Shown here: positions 8,828 to 18,513 of the stretch, piece after piece | Layout of the letters: every line of letters starts with the position of its first letter | Numbering within the stretch: position 1 is the stretch's first letter | Origin: a virus | Lineage: Duplodnaviria; Heunggongvirae; Uroviricota; Caudoviricetes | DNA length: 64,000 nucleotides | Strand: one strand, 5' to 3' | IMG/VR virus record: IMGVR_UViG_3300013307_000015 | Program-made: the position numbers and the translations under genes | Notes under the pieces: model-generated | The model's database searches: none | What the model was told of the DNA's origin: nothing | What the model saw: the letters and a program-made list of their open reading frames with translations, nothing else

Positions 8828-10159
8828 ATGTATGTGTTAAAAGGATTCGCCGCTAACGCCCTGTACTGGAATAACACTCCGGGTCAGGTCGAAGCGATCG
8901 GCGAGCTGACGACTCAGTCGTTGACGTACTCGACCGAAAAAGGTGTCTATCAAAACGACTCGATTTCACCTGACATTCAGCTGATCTCGTTCACCAGCGC
9001 AACGGATGGTACCGCCCAGTCCGTGCCGAACGATCTGCGCGATCGTGTCATTACCATTTGCAAATGGGTGTATGACCAGATCAACAAGGGTGTACAACTG
9101 TATTCGGATGAGCTGCTCAACGAAGCACTGACGCAGTTCCAGACGACGGCAGGTACGTTCGCCTGTGGCAACATCATCAGCGACGGCAATGGTCGCTGGG
9201 CACCGGAGTGGTTCAGCTGGGTGGATAACGCACTCACGCAAGCCGGTACGCAGAACTCGATCAAGTTCTGGTTCGTGGACGCCGCGTTCCAATCGGAATA
9301 CGACGCCTTCTCGTTCAAGGTCGCACCGCCGCTCACGCCGCTGGATAACTTTTTCCAGACCGGGCAGCAGGTGGATACGGCGATCAATGCACGCACGCAG
9401 CCGCAGCTGTTCGATCAGATCACCGCTGTACGTGGCAACGATCCGGAAACCATCCAGGTCGCGCTGTCGTACAACTACATCGACCCGAACAACCCGGCAC
9501 ACATCGTGCCGACGTTGTGGGTGGTGCTGATCTACGGCGCAGCCGGCAACACGATCGACTCGATCAACGATGCGCTCGTGAATTACATCCTGGCCAATTC
9601 GACGCACAGTCGCGACGACTGGGTCAAGATTCTGCCGGATCTTTTTCGTCGGACGGAGTTCGTCCTGATTCCGCTCTGGGATCAGCTGGCAATCCCAGAT
9701 AACGCGTTGAAGCCCGGCCTCTATGCGACGATCACCAACCTGCAACGCGTCAATGCGCTGTTCAAGGCGAAGATCACGTCGTATCCCTCGGCTCATATCG
9801 ATAGTCATTTGACTTTGATGGCGCATCCGTACAAGAATTTGCAGATCGCCAGCGTCGGGTCGACGGACAATCGCAACAACTGGTACGAGCTGAATCAGGT
9901 GTTTTCTGACCTGTTGGCAGTCGGTTCGACTTCGTCGGATTTCGGCCGCATGAGTCAGGATACGCAAGGCTTCCTGCTCAAGCTCGAACAGATGCTGGTG
10001 ACGGCTGAGACGATGGGTCCTTTCACGGATATTCCGCGTGGCTTCACGCGTCTGATTCGTGACGGGATGTTGTACATCGTCATGAACTACGAGAACGTGA
10101 ACTATCTCGTAGCGGCCAAACAGGATCTGACGCAGGTCATTCCGCCGCTGGGAGGCTGA
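8828..10159 (+). CDS. Virion structural protein (phiKZ gp157-like)
   Basis: 443 aa, AGGAGA RBS; position next to RNase H matches recalled phiKZ-family gene order. Confidence 0.65.
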   Translation: MYVLKGFAANALYWNNTPGQVEAIGELTTQSLTYSTEKGVYQNDSISPDIQLISFTSATDGTAQSVPNDLRDRVITICKWVYDQINKGVQLYSDELLNEALTQFQTTAGTFACGNIISDGNGRWAPEWFSWVDNALTQAGTQNSIKFWFVDAAFQSEYDAFSFKVAPPLTPLDNFFQTGQQVDTAINARTQPQLFDQITAVRGNDPETIQVALSYNYIDPNNPAHIVPTLWVVLIYGAAGNTIDSINDALVNYILANSTHSRDDWVKILPDLFRRTEFVLIPLWDQLAIPDNALKPGLYATITNLQRVNALFKAKITSYPSAHIDSHLTLMAHPYKNLQIASVGSTDNRNNWYELNQVFSDLLAVGSTSSDFGRMSQDTQGFLLKLEQMLVTAETMGPFTDIPRGFTRLIRDGMLYIVMNYENVNYLVAAKQDLTQVIPPLGG

Positions 10160-10162
10160 TAA

Positions 10163-10810
10163 ATGGCTGACATGCTCCCAATGCTGGGAGCCAAAGGCAT
10201 TTACAAGCTGAAGGCTCCCTTTGACAAGGATCTGCTTGTTGACGTGATGTACACGTGTATTGCCATCCGGCAGTTGCGTGCCATTACCGCAGAAGGCGGC
10301 GATCCCTTTACGGACTACTACGCCACTCCGCATTCGATCGATAGTTCGGTCTACAAGACGGACTTAGCCAACGGTGTATCGATCATTTCGTTGCAGGCCG
10401 AAGACAATTCAATCGTTGACGTCCCTTCGAGCTATTTGGCGGCGTATCCGGATGCAGGTGGTGTACCGTATCGGGTGATGTTGCTGTCGATCAACTTGGG
10501 GGCCGTTCCGGATGCATTGGATCTGTCCCCGATCATCCAGAAGATCACCGACGACGTGAAGGACATCGTTGGGGTGGAGTCGACGGTGCGGGCAGTCGCT
10601 GTGTCAAACACGACGCTGCTCGATACGGCTACGGCTCAGAACGCAGAAGCAGCACGGCAAGCCAACATCACCAACAGCACGACGGACTTTTCGAAGTTGC
10701 AGCAGATGACGGCGCAGCGTGATGCGGCGTTGCAGAAGGTACAGGAGTTGCAGAACTACATCTTGCAACAGCAAGGTGCGCAACCGGTTCCTCAGCCGGG
10801 ACCGATTTAA
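10163..10810 (+). CDS. Conserved phiKZ-family hypothetical/structural protein
   Basis: 215 aa, GGAGG RBS, C-terminal coiled coil. Confidence 0.65.
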   Translation: MADMLPMLGAKGIYKLKAPFDKDLLVDVMYTCIAIRQLRAITAEGGDPFTDYYATPHSIDSSVYKTDLANGVSIISLQAEDNSIVDVPSSYLAAYPDAGGVPYRVMLLSINLGAVPDALDLSPIIQKITDDVKDIVGVESTVRAVAVSNTTLLDTATAQNAEAARQANITNSTTDFSKLQQMTAQRDAALQKVQELQNYILQQQGAQPVPQPGPI

Positions 10811-10814
10811 GCGA

Positions 10815-10853
10815 CGGCATAGACGGGGGCCCTTACGGGTCCCCCAATATGCC
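10815..10853. terminator. Bidirectional hairpin flanked by CGGCATA/TATGCC
   Basis: GGGGGCCC-TTAC-GGGTCCCC stem between convergent genes. Confidence 0.8.
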
Positions 10854-10854
10854 C

Positions 10855-11847
10855 TTAGTTGTACTGAAGGTTCGGAGCGTGAATTGCTTGCGATGCGTCG
10901 ATGGTTACAGCCGACACATGGCCCTTCACGTCCATGTTACCCAAGAGTTCGGTGTCACCCGCAATCTGGATCTTACCCGAACCCGGACTGCCCACACCAC
11001 CGGCACCCGCAGCAGTCACCATGTCACCTGCCAGTCCAAACGCGCCCAGTTCGTTGAAGTTGCCGTTGTGATTCGTAGTCGGACTTTGAATGTCCCAACC
11101 ATCGCCAAAGACAAACTTCCCTTTCTTAGCTTGTACCGTCCACGTCTCAGGTACGTTGATAAAGGCGTTCTTCTTGTTGATCTGGAACATCGTGCCTTCA
11201 GCATTTTGCATCTGCAAGATGAGGTTCTTGGTATCGAGCAAGAAGAAGTTGCCAACATCGTCTTGGAATTGAAGAATCCCTTGTCCGGTGTTGATCTGGA
11301 TGTCGTAGCTGGCGACTTCCCCATTGGCCTTCGACGTATGGAAATGGACCAGTTTGTCGTGGGTGGAGATTTCGAAGAAATACGACGTATCGGTATTGGC
11401 ACTACCTGCGTTGTCGGTGTTACCAGACGCACCCTGACTGGCAGAACCGCTCCAAGCGTAGATGACTGTCTCCAGCTTGCGCAGGTTCAAGTCATCCATC
11501 ATCGTGACCCAGTAGTACTTGTCCGAGTCGCCCATCCGGTAAAGCATCACGCGCTCGCCAGCCCGTACGTCAGGTGCCGTCATGCGGTTGCTACCCATCG
11601 GCATCCATTCAGCCGAGACACTGGCGGTTTGCTTGATCGACTCCGAGTAGCTCTGCCCCTGAGCGTCCACGCCTTGGGCTTCGTATTGCGTGACGTTGCT
11701 GGAGATCGTCCCGGAAAGACCCGGAAAGGATTCCACCGGAGTGACTTCCACAATCTTGGAACTACGCGCCTTGTCTGCGGCCACAATACCGAAGGAATAG
11801 ATCCGCAGGCGCGAGATCTCCGGCTCATTCGTTGGTAAGTTCTGCAT
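10855..11847 (-). CDS. Baseplate central spike / puncturing protein (phiKZ gp164-like)
   Basis: OB-fold-like N-terminus (AEWMPMGSNRMTAPDVRAGERVMLYR), 'HFHTSKANGE' motif and beta-helix-like C-terminal repeats. Confidence 0.7.
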   Translation of the reverse strand: MQNLPTNEPEISRLRIYSFGIVAADKARSSKIVEVTPVESFPGLSGTISSNVTQYEAQGVDAQGQSYSESIKQTASVSAEWMPMGSNRMTAPDVRAGERVMLYRMGDSDKYYWVTMMDDLNLRKLETVIYAWSGSASQGASGNTDNAGSANTDTSYFFEISTHDKLVHFHTSKANGEVASYDIQINTGQGILQFQDDVGNFFLLDTKNLILQMQNAEGTMFQINKKNAFINVPETWTVQAKKGKFVFGDGWDIQSPTTNHNGNFNELGAFGLAGDMVTAAGAGGVGSPGSGKIQIAGDTELLGNMDVKGHVSAVTIDASQAIHAPNLQYN

Positions 11848-11917
11848 TATAAAAACCTTTCCAATCAAAAATCAGTGTCAGGCGACATCGTCTGAGAAAC
11901 CACCAATTAACAACACC

Positions 11918-14455
11918 ATGAGAATCATCGACATCGAATTGGCGGGGTACAAACGACTGGTGTTTAACACCGTTGCCGTTTTCAAGATGAGTTTCACCCA
12001 AGTCATTCAGATGGTCTTGGGGACAAATGGGACTGGGAAGAGTTCCTTGCTCTCGGAACTCACGCCGTTACCGGCCAATGGATCGGACTTTAACAAAGGC
12101 GGATCCAAAATCATAACCATTAGCCACCGGGGAAATCACTACCGGTTGGTGAATCGGTTCGATACTCAAAAGGGTTGGCACAGCTTCGAGAAGAACGGTG
12201 AAGAGCTGAATCTCTCGCACTTGCAAACCACGCAGTACGAACTGTGTCAGCAAGAATTCGGCTATAACGACAACATCCGGCGGCTGTTGCAAGGCAAGAT
12301 CAAGTTCTCGCAGATGTTGCCGAAAGCACGTCGCGAATGGCTAACTTTGCTTTCGGATGTGGATTTCGATTATGCCATCCAAATCTACGACAAGCTGCGC
12401 CGGGAGTTAAGTGCAGCGTCGGGCTTTCTGAAAGTGCAGCGGGGTCGACTGGTGGTCGAGCAGCAAAAGATCATCACGACCGAAGAGCAGACGCGCCTCA
12501 GGAACGAAGTTACTGCCCTGCACACGGAGTTGTCAAAACTCTTGGCAGTGCGCAAACCGATTGAGCACAATCTGGGCGAGTTAAAACACCGCCAGGAGAC
12601 GATGCTTATCAATCTGGAGCAGATGTCCGACCAGCTGCTCCGAACCCGTTACATGGCTCCTTTGACGGCCTATGGGGCAGAAGAACTGCATCGCAACGAG
12701 TGGGGTGAATTAGAGGCACCGCATTTCACTTCCATCGAGCAGGTGGACAACTATATCCGGATTCTGCGTGAGAATCTGGCAGCCAAGCAAGCACTGCTCA
12801 ATCAGTCCGTTAAGGAACACAGTCAGATTCAGGAAACGCTCAAAGTCCTGAAGCAGACCGGTGGTGTCGAGATGAAGTCGCTCTCGGAGAAACTGAACGA
12901 GCTAATCGATAGCAAACAGCTCACGCTCACCAAGCGAAAGCTGGGCTTGGCGTTTGACGATCCGATTCAAGCGTCGATTGCATTGGAAGCTTGTCGGGAG
13001 TTACTCAACGAAGTCTTTTCCCAGATTCCGGAAAATGAAGATAAACGTTTTAGCCAAGCGGTGCGTGAGAAATACCTTGGCGATCGTAAACGACTCCAAG
13101 AAACGCTCCACACCTACAAGCGTACGCTTGACCAACTTGATGCTCAGAAAACACATCAAGAACACCATCTCGCAAATGGGCAAGTCGAGTGTCCGAAGTG
13201 CTTTACTCGCTTCGCTCCTGGTGCCTCCGAGCGAAAGCTTGAAGAACTCACCACCCGTATTAAGGCGGGAAATGGAAAGCTACAGGAAGTCACTGAGCAG
13301 CTTTCTGACGTCGACAGTAAGCTTGAAGGAATCGACTCCTACGGTGCGCTATATCGGCAGTACGCTGGGATGGTCCGAGGCTATCCAGCGTTGCGAGCTT
13401 TCTGGGATTACCTCGATCAGGAAGAAATTCCAAGAACATCTCCTCGGATGATTCCGGCGCTTGTCATGCAGTTGAACAACGACTTGCAGTTGGAACTGGA
13501 AGCGGATCGCATCCAGCAAGAGATCGAGAAGACCAAGCAGCTGATGCACCAAGCGACGTTGGTTGGTAATGCAACACTGGCTGAGACGCAAGCCAAAGCC
13601 AGTGAAATCGAAGCGCACGTTGAAGGGATGACCGCATTCATTCAGCAGTTGCAAGTGCGCATCGAAGAGCATTCCCGCTACCGTAAAGAGTTGGCCGATG
13701 CGTATCAACTGGGTGAGAAGATCGTCAAGCTCAAAGATGATGCCTCCAAACTGACGGAGACCATCATCGAGACCATGTGGATGGAGACGATCCACCACTG
13801 CGTCAATCAGTTGCAATCGCAATTGCTGCGTAAAGAGGAAACGCTTAACGAAGTGAAAGAACAGCTTCGTCGCGTGAAGGACCTCGAAGACCAGATCACG
13901 ATTGAAGAGCGTCGTGAGAAGGCGTTGCAGATTGCAGTCGATACGCTCTCGCCGAAAGACGGCCTTATCGCGGAAGGTCTCTTGGGTTTCATTCGCACGT
14001 ATGTACGGCAGATGAACGGCATCATCAAGAAGATCTGGTCATATCCGCTGGTGGTGAAAGAGTGCGGGATTGCTGATGGCAACGGCGTGGAACTCGATTA
14101 CAAGTTCCCGATGCTGGTAGCGGATACGCTGCCTGTGTCAGATGTATCAGACGGGTCTTCGGGTATTGTGGACGTAGTCGACCTTGCGTTCATGGTCATC
14201 GCGATGAAGTACTTGGGGTTGGCTGAATCGCCTCTGTTCGCTGACGAATTCACCAAGTCGTTTGACAACGAGCACAAGAAAACGGCCATGGTGATGATCA
14301 AGACGCTGATGGAGACCACGTCTTTGACGCAGCTTTTCATGATCAGCCACGACTACCAGCATTACTCGTCGTTTGCCAACGTGGAAGTCTGTGTGCTTGA
14401 TCCGAAAAATATCGTGGTGCCCGATACCTATAACGAACACGTCATGATGGAGTAA
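11918..14455 (+). CDS. sbcC: SbcC/Rad50-like SMC ATPase (phiKZ gp165-like)
   Basis: Walker A GTNGTGKS, long coiled coils, zinc hook CPKC, signature region DGSSG, Walker B LFADE, H-loop MISH. Confidence 0.92.
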   Translation: MRIIDIELAGYKRLVFNTVAVFKMSFTQVIQMVLGTNGTGKSSLLSELTPLPANGSDFNKGGSKIITISHRGNHYRLVNRFDTQKGWHSFEKNGEELNLSHLQTTQYELCQQEFGYNDNIRRLLQGKIKFSQMLPKARREWLTLLSDVDFDYAIQIYDKLRRELSAASGFLKVQRGRLVVEQQKIITTEEQTRLRNEVTALHTELSKLLAVRKPIEHNLGELKHRQETMLINLEQMSDQLLRTRYMAPLTAYGAEELHRNEWGELEAPHFTSIEQVDNYIRILRENLAAKQALLNQSVKEHSQIQETLKVLKQTGGVEMKSLSEKLNELIDSKQLTLTKRKLGLAFDDPIQASIALEACRELLNEVFSQIPENEDKRFSQAVREKYLGDRKRLQETLHTYKRTLDQLDAQKTHQEHHLANGQVECPKCFTRFAPGASERKLEELTTRIKAGNGKLQEVTEQLSDVDSKLEGIDSYGALYRQYAGMVRGYPALRAFWDYLDQEEIPRTSPRMIPALVMQLNNDLQLELEADRIQQEIEKTKQLMHQATLVGNATLAETQAKASEIEAHVEGMTAFIQQLQVRIEEHSRYRKELADAYQLGEKIVKLKDDASKLTETIIETMWMETIHHCVNQLQSQLLRKEETLNEVKEQLRRVKDLEDQITIEERREKALQIAVDTLSPKDGLIAEGLLGFIRTYVRQMNGIIKKIWSYPLVVKECGIADGNGVELDYKFPMLVADTLPVSDVSDGSSGIVDVVDLAFMVIAMKYLGLAESPLFADEFTKSFDNEHKKTAMVMIKTLMETTSLTQLFMISHDYQHYSSFANVEVCVLDPKNIVVPDTYNEHVMME

Positions 14456-14457
14456 GT

Positions 14458-14853
14458 ATGCAACGCCTTTTCATTACGGCGAAATGTCACCGCGCGAAAG
14501 TCACGGGTGCCAATCTTGACTATACCGGCTCGATTGCCGTGTCGGAAGAGATCATGGATGCGATGGGATTGGCACCCTTCGAGTTCGTTCACGTGAACAA
14601 CTGCGCCAATGGCGCACACTGGGAAACGTACGTCATTCCCGGATTACCGGGCGAGATCACACTGCATGGGCCTCCGGCGCACCACTTCAAGGCGGGTGAT
14701 CTCGTGGTCATCAATCGTCTTGTTTCGGTTGAATTATCCGAGATCGCGAAGGTCGAGCACGTCTGTGTTTTTGTCGACGGGGAAAACCACGTCACGCGGG
14801 TCGACAAAAAATCGATGGCAGACATGGCGCTGCGGCGCTGGGAAGAAAGATAG
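14458..14853 (+). CDS. panD: PanD-like pyruvoyl-dependent decarboxylase (aspartate 1-decarboxylase family)
   Basis: K9, H11, R12, Y22, G24-S25 self-cleavage site, N51-G52, T57-Y58 and GD-LVVI all align with E. coli PanD. Confidence 0.88.
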   Translation: MQRLFITAKCHRAKVTGANLDYTGSIAVSEEIMDAMGLAPFEFVHVNNCANGAHWETYVIPGLPGEITLHGPPAHHFKAGDLVVINRLVSVELSEIAKVEHVCVFVDGENHVTRVDKKSMADMALRRWEER

Positions 14854-14899
14854 ATCGTTGTTTCTGATTAACGCAGTACTTTTACCACAAGGGAATCAA

Positions 14900-15868
14900 A
14901 TGCAAGCACTCGACGCAATGAATCGGCTGAACATCGAACTCACGCACTTGCAGCGTGTCGCTGTCCAGATCATCTCGCTCGTCCAATCGCCGAACATCAA
15001 GCTGCCCTCGCATCTCGATCACGACATCGCCGACCAAGCAAATCGCGCTGCCGGCATGCTGATGTCGATCGCCGACAAGCTGCGCGAAAACATCACCGCG
15101 ATCGCCGCGCAGCAAGTGCAGGTGAGCGCCGATCAACTGCGTGCTGCCACGCAAAACCCGACGGCTCCGATGTCGGCAGGGCGGCAACAGATCGCTGACA
15201 TCGCCACCGATCTGGCGAAGAACCTGCTCGGCCAGAAGATCGGTCCGGACAAGGGGCCCGAATTCATCGAAGGTGTCGAGCGCGTGCAAGCGCAGCGCCA
15301 GCAGCAACGCGCACAAGCGGATTTCGCCAGCGAGATGCCGACCAAGGCAAGCAACCCCGCTGCTGAAACCACCGACGGTCCGACGCTCGCCGCTGGTGCT
15401 CCGGCCGTGCACGATATCCGGGCACGTCAACAGGAAGAACGGCGTCAGGGTCTGATCGAATTGCTCGTCGGCAAGAACGGCCTGCTCTCGCGCTGGTTCT
15501 CCTCGGGGGTGTACGCCGAAGGCACCGGCGTGATCGCACCGCAATACGACGTCAACCTCTATCAGGAAGACATCGGTCAACTGCCGTACGATCGTCTCGT
15601 GAAGTGGCCGGAAGGCTTCTATCGCGAAGCTGCATCGTCGGCCTTCCAGTTCCTGCTGAAGACGGAGCACTTCGTTGCGACTGTTCACTTCAACCGGATG
15701 ACGGACGCCGATGTGCAAGCGCGTGCGAACGCCATCGAGTTCTACTTCCACAACGACGAGTCGAACCCGCGTGTTCGCCGTCCGGCTTCGGTGTTCGACA
15801 CCGGCCTGCTGGAAAACATCATCCGTGATGCGAACCAGCGTCTGACGCAGATCCACAACGGTCAGTAA
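14900..15868 (+). CDS. Hypothetical protein
   Basis: Start at MQALDAMN (AAGGGA upstream); strong GC3 codon bias; 322 aa. Confidence 0.75.
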   Translation: MQALDAMNRLNIELTHLQRVAVQIISLVQSPNIKLPSHLDHDIADQANRAAGMLMSIADKLRENITAIAAQQVQVSADQLRAATQNPTAPMSAGRQQIADIATDLAKNLLGQKIGPDKGPEFIEGVERVQAQRQQQRAQADFASEMPTKASNPAAETTDGPTLAAGAPAVHDIRARQQEERRQGLIELLVGKNGLLSRWFSSGVYAEGTGVIAPQYDVNLYQEDIGQLPYDRLVKWPEGFYREAASSAFQFLLKTEHFVATVHFNRMTDADVQARANAIEFYFHNDESNPRVRRPASVFDTGLLENIIRDANQRLTQIHNGQ

Positions 15869-15875
15869 TTACTGG

Positions 15876-15915
15876 CGGCATAAAGAGGGGAGGCATTGCG
15901 CCTCCCCTCTATGCC
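15876..15915. terminator. Bidirectional hairpin flanked by CGGCATA/TATGCC
   Basis: AGAGGGGAGGC-ATTGC-GCCTCCCCTCT between convergent genes. Confidence 0.85.
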
Positions 15916-15916
15916 C

Positions 15917-16741
15917 TTAGGCTTTCACGCCGTCGAGGCTCGTGACTTTCTCGATATGCTTGATCGTGCGACTGATGGACTCGCTCAGGCCGAGCACCCG
16001 GTAGTAGACGATCGAGTAGAACTCCAACTCCGAGGCGACTTGGAAAGCACCATCCGACAGGTCGATCAGGATAGCCGGACTTACCTTGTCGAAGTGACCT
16101 TCGTGAATGCGGTTGCTGATGCGATCGAGCATTTCGACGCATTCGTCGACCTTCTTGTTCAGATGCGAACGTTCGATCTTGTTGATCTCTTTCGACATCT
16201 CGTCAGCGGTCTTCAGGACGTTGTCCCAATCACCGTTGCGCTTGACGACGTTCTCGACGCGTACGTCGGTCTTGGTCGTGCCGTTGAAGCAGTCCTGGAT
16301 GCCCTTGATGAGCTTCTCACGCTCAGCCTGAAGCTCGGCGTAGAACTTCTTCTTGGTGGCCGTCTCAACGAGCGAGGACTTGTTGCTCATGATCATCGCG
16401 AGGAAGACTGCGAAGTCATCCAGCACCTTCACTGCCTTGCTCACATGCTGCACAGCCGGGTGCAGCGCTGCGATGTATTCGAGGTACGTCACCTTCAACC
16501 CTTCGGGCACGAATGCGCCGAGCGGCATGAGCGTCGTGTACGAGTGACCTTCGAGCGACTTCAGAAAACGCTTCTGGTCCCCTGTGATGGCTACCGCAGG
16601 TGCGGGAGTGAAGAGCCCTTTGAAGGACGAGATGCCGTCGAGGATGGGCGGGAAGACACGTTGAACCAGTCCCGTGAGGTCCGGCACCGTGTACGCTTCG
16701 AGCGCTACCAAATTGCGCACGCGTTTGAGAGTATTGTCCAT
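15917..16741 (-). CDS. Putative internal head protein with protease-cleaved propeptide (phiKZ gp153-like)
   Basis: Start MDNTLKRVRNLVALE|AY; ALE matches the S/A/G-X-E prohead protease site; divergent from uvsX. Confidence 0.65.
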   Translation of the reverse strand: MDNTLKRVRNLVALEAYTVPDLTGLVQRVFPPILDGISSFKGLFTPAPAVAITGDQKRFLKSLEGHSYTTLMPLGAFVPEGLKVTYLEYIAALHPAVQHVSKAVKVLDDFAVFLAMIMSNKSSLVETATKKKFYAELQAEREKLIKGIQDCFNGTTKTDVRVENVVKRNGDWDNVLKTADEMSKEINKIERSHLNKKVDECVEMLDRISNRIHEGHFDKVSPAILIDLSDGAFQVASELEFYSIVYYRVLGLSESISRTIKHIEKVTSLDGVKA

Positions 16742-16843
16742 ATTGGTTCCAATGAAAAATCGAGACTGATTCCTGCATAAAAATGTACGATGGGTTGCCA
16801 TTCTTTGAGGATTGCTAGATTTTCTTTTAACGGATAACGACAC

Positions 16844-18322
16844 ATGGAACTGCTTCGACCGGGGTTTTCGCTGGCCCCTTTGCATAAAGCAATGATCAAC
16901 ATCGGTGCGCTGTTCGATATTCCGACAGGCACTTTCCTCATGGGTAAGTACGGGGAGATGATCCTGAACGGGGGCATTGCCAACATTACCGGGATCGCAG
17001 GCCAAGGCAACAGTTTCAAGTCCACGCTGATGGACTTCATGATTGCCATGGCGATGTTCCGGATTCATGCCATGTCGACGGCGAGCGTCTACGACACGGA
17101 AATGAACAAGCACGAGTGGCGTCTGAAGACACTGCAACGCTTCATTATGCTGTATCTCGGGATGAAGACAGAAGACCCGGACCTGTTCGAACAGGGCCGC
17201 ATGGTCATCACCGACAAGACGATGCACACAGGTGACGAGTGGTACGATATTTTGCGTACCTACCTGATTACCAAGAAGAAAGGCGCGAAGTCGATCATGG
17301 CCAATACGCCTTTCATCGACCGCGACGGCGAGTCACTGATGCAAATGATCATCCCGACCTTCACAGGTGTCGACTCCTTCTCGCAGTTCATTACGCAAAA
17401 CGCGATGAAGCTGCAAGAAGAGAACAACATCGGCGAGTCGGGAACGAACATGCTGAACATGCAGCAAGGCCGTGCGAAGGCGCAGTTCCTGATGGAAATC
17501 CCGGCTCTGGCACAAGCAGCGTACAACTACGTCTTCTTGTCGGTACACATCGGGGAAGAGTTCAACATGGACCCGCACAACCCGAAGCAAAAGAAGCTGC
17601 AATACCTGAAGCAGGGCCAGAAGATCAAGGGTGCGCCGGAAGGCTTCATGTTCCTCACGAACAACTGCTGGATGGCGTCGAGCGCTACCATCCTCAAGGC
17701 CGACGACGGCAATGGCCCGCTTTACCCGCGCGACTCGGACGACAAGCTGAAGTCGGATACCGACCTGAACGCGGTGACGGTTGCGCTGTTGCGCGGCAAA
17801 TCGGGCATGTCGGGTCTGCCGCAGCAAGTCGTCATCTCGCAAGCCGAAGGGGTATTGCCGGCTCTGACCGAATTCCATTACCTGCGACAGGTGAAGGAAA
17901 AGGGTGGTGACAAGCGTTACGGGTTCAATGGCAATTTGCAGAACTACGAAATGGATCTGCTGCCCGGCGTCAAGCTCTCGCGCACTGCGGCACGCAGCAA
18001 GATCGACGACAATGCTCAGCTGCGTCGAGCGCTGAACATCACGGCAGAACTGTGTCAGATGCAGCAACTCTGGCACGAGGACTCCGGGAACTACCAGATG
18101 TTGCCGTCGGATCTGTACGCTACCTTGACGCAAAAGGGTTACGACTGGAATGTGCTGCTCAACACGCGCGGCTGGTGGGCACTCGATAACGACGACCCCA
18201 AGCACGCGCTTCCGTTCCTCTCGTCGATGGATCTGCTGCGCATGGCCAAGGACGAATACGTTCCGTACTGGATGACGGCAGACAAGAAGGTCAAGCCCGA
18301 ATACCAGAAGGCGGCCGCATGA
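16844..18322 (+). CDS. uvsX: UvsX/RecA-like recombinase (phiKZ gp152-like)
   Basis: Walker A GQGNSFKS, YDTE, Walker B-like GVDSFS; 492 aa. Confidence 0.85.
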   Translation: MELLRPGFSLAPLHKAMINIGALFDIPTGTFLMGKYGEMILNGGIANITGIAGQGNSFKSTLMDFMIAMAMFRIHAMSTASVYDTEMNKHEWRLKTLQRFIMLYLGMKTEDPDLFEQGRMVITDKTMHTGDEWYDILRTYLITKKKGAKSIMANTPFIDRDGESLMQMIIPTFTGVDSFSQFITQNAMKLQEENNIGESGTNMLNMQQGRAKAQFLMEIPALAQAAYNYVFLSVHIGEEFNMDPHNPKQKKLQYLKQGQKIKGAPEGFMFLTNNCWMASSATILKADDGNGPLYPRDSDDKLKSDTDLNAVTVALLRGKSGMSGLPQQVVISQAEGVLPALTEFHYLRQVKEKGGDKRYGFNGNLQNYEMDLLPGVKLSRTAARSKIDDNAQLRRALNITAELCQMQQLWHEDSGNYQMLPSDLYATLTQKGYDWNVLLNTRGWWALDNDDPKHALPFLSSMDLLRMAKDEYVPYWMTADKKVKPEYQKAAA

Positions 18323-18477
18323 AACGGCTGCTGATGGCTCTGTCGGCTTACGCCTTGGGTCACGAAGCGTACACGTATCACGTGGATGGCGAGCAGCTGC
18401 TCTTCACAGTCTTCTTTGTGGGGACAGTTGCTGCCATTTACCAGACATTCGCCAAATACCCCTTGCAGCGCGCATAA
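18319..18477 (+). CDS. Small membrane protein (52 aa)
   Basis: Not in the ORF track. ATGA overlap with the uvsX stop; MKRLLMALSAYALGHEAYTYHVDGEQLLFTVFFVGTVAAIYQTFAKYPLQRA. Confidence 0.6.
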   Translation: MKRLLMALSAYALGHEAYTYHVDGEQLLFTVFFVGTVAAIYQTFAKYPLQRA

Positions 18478-18513
18478 CTCGTATGGGGATTATCCCGCAC
18501 ATTTGAGGAAACC

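Noticed and set aside
14609-14899. N-terminal extension of the 419-aa ORF overlapping the PanD-like gene
   Set aside because: It overlaps a motif-supported gene in another frame; the RBS and codon bias begin at 14900.
16742-17227. N-terminal extension of the 436-aa minus ORF
   Set aside because: It is antisense to uvsX and spans the divergent promoter gap; the real start is 16741.
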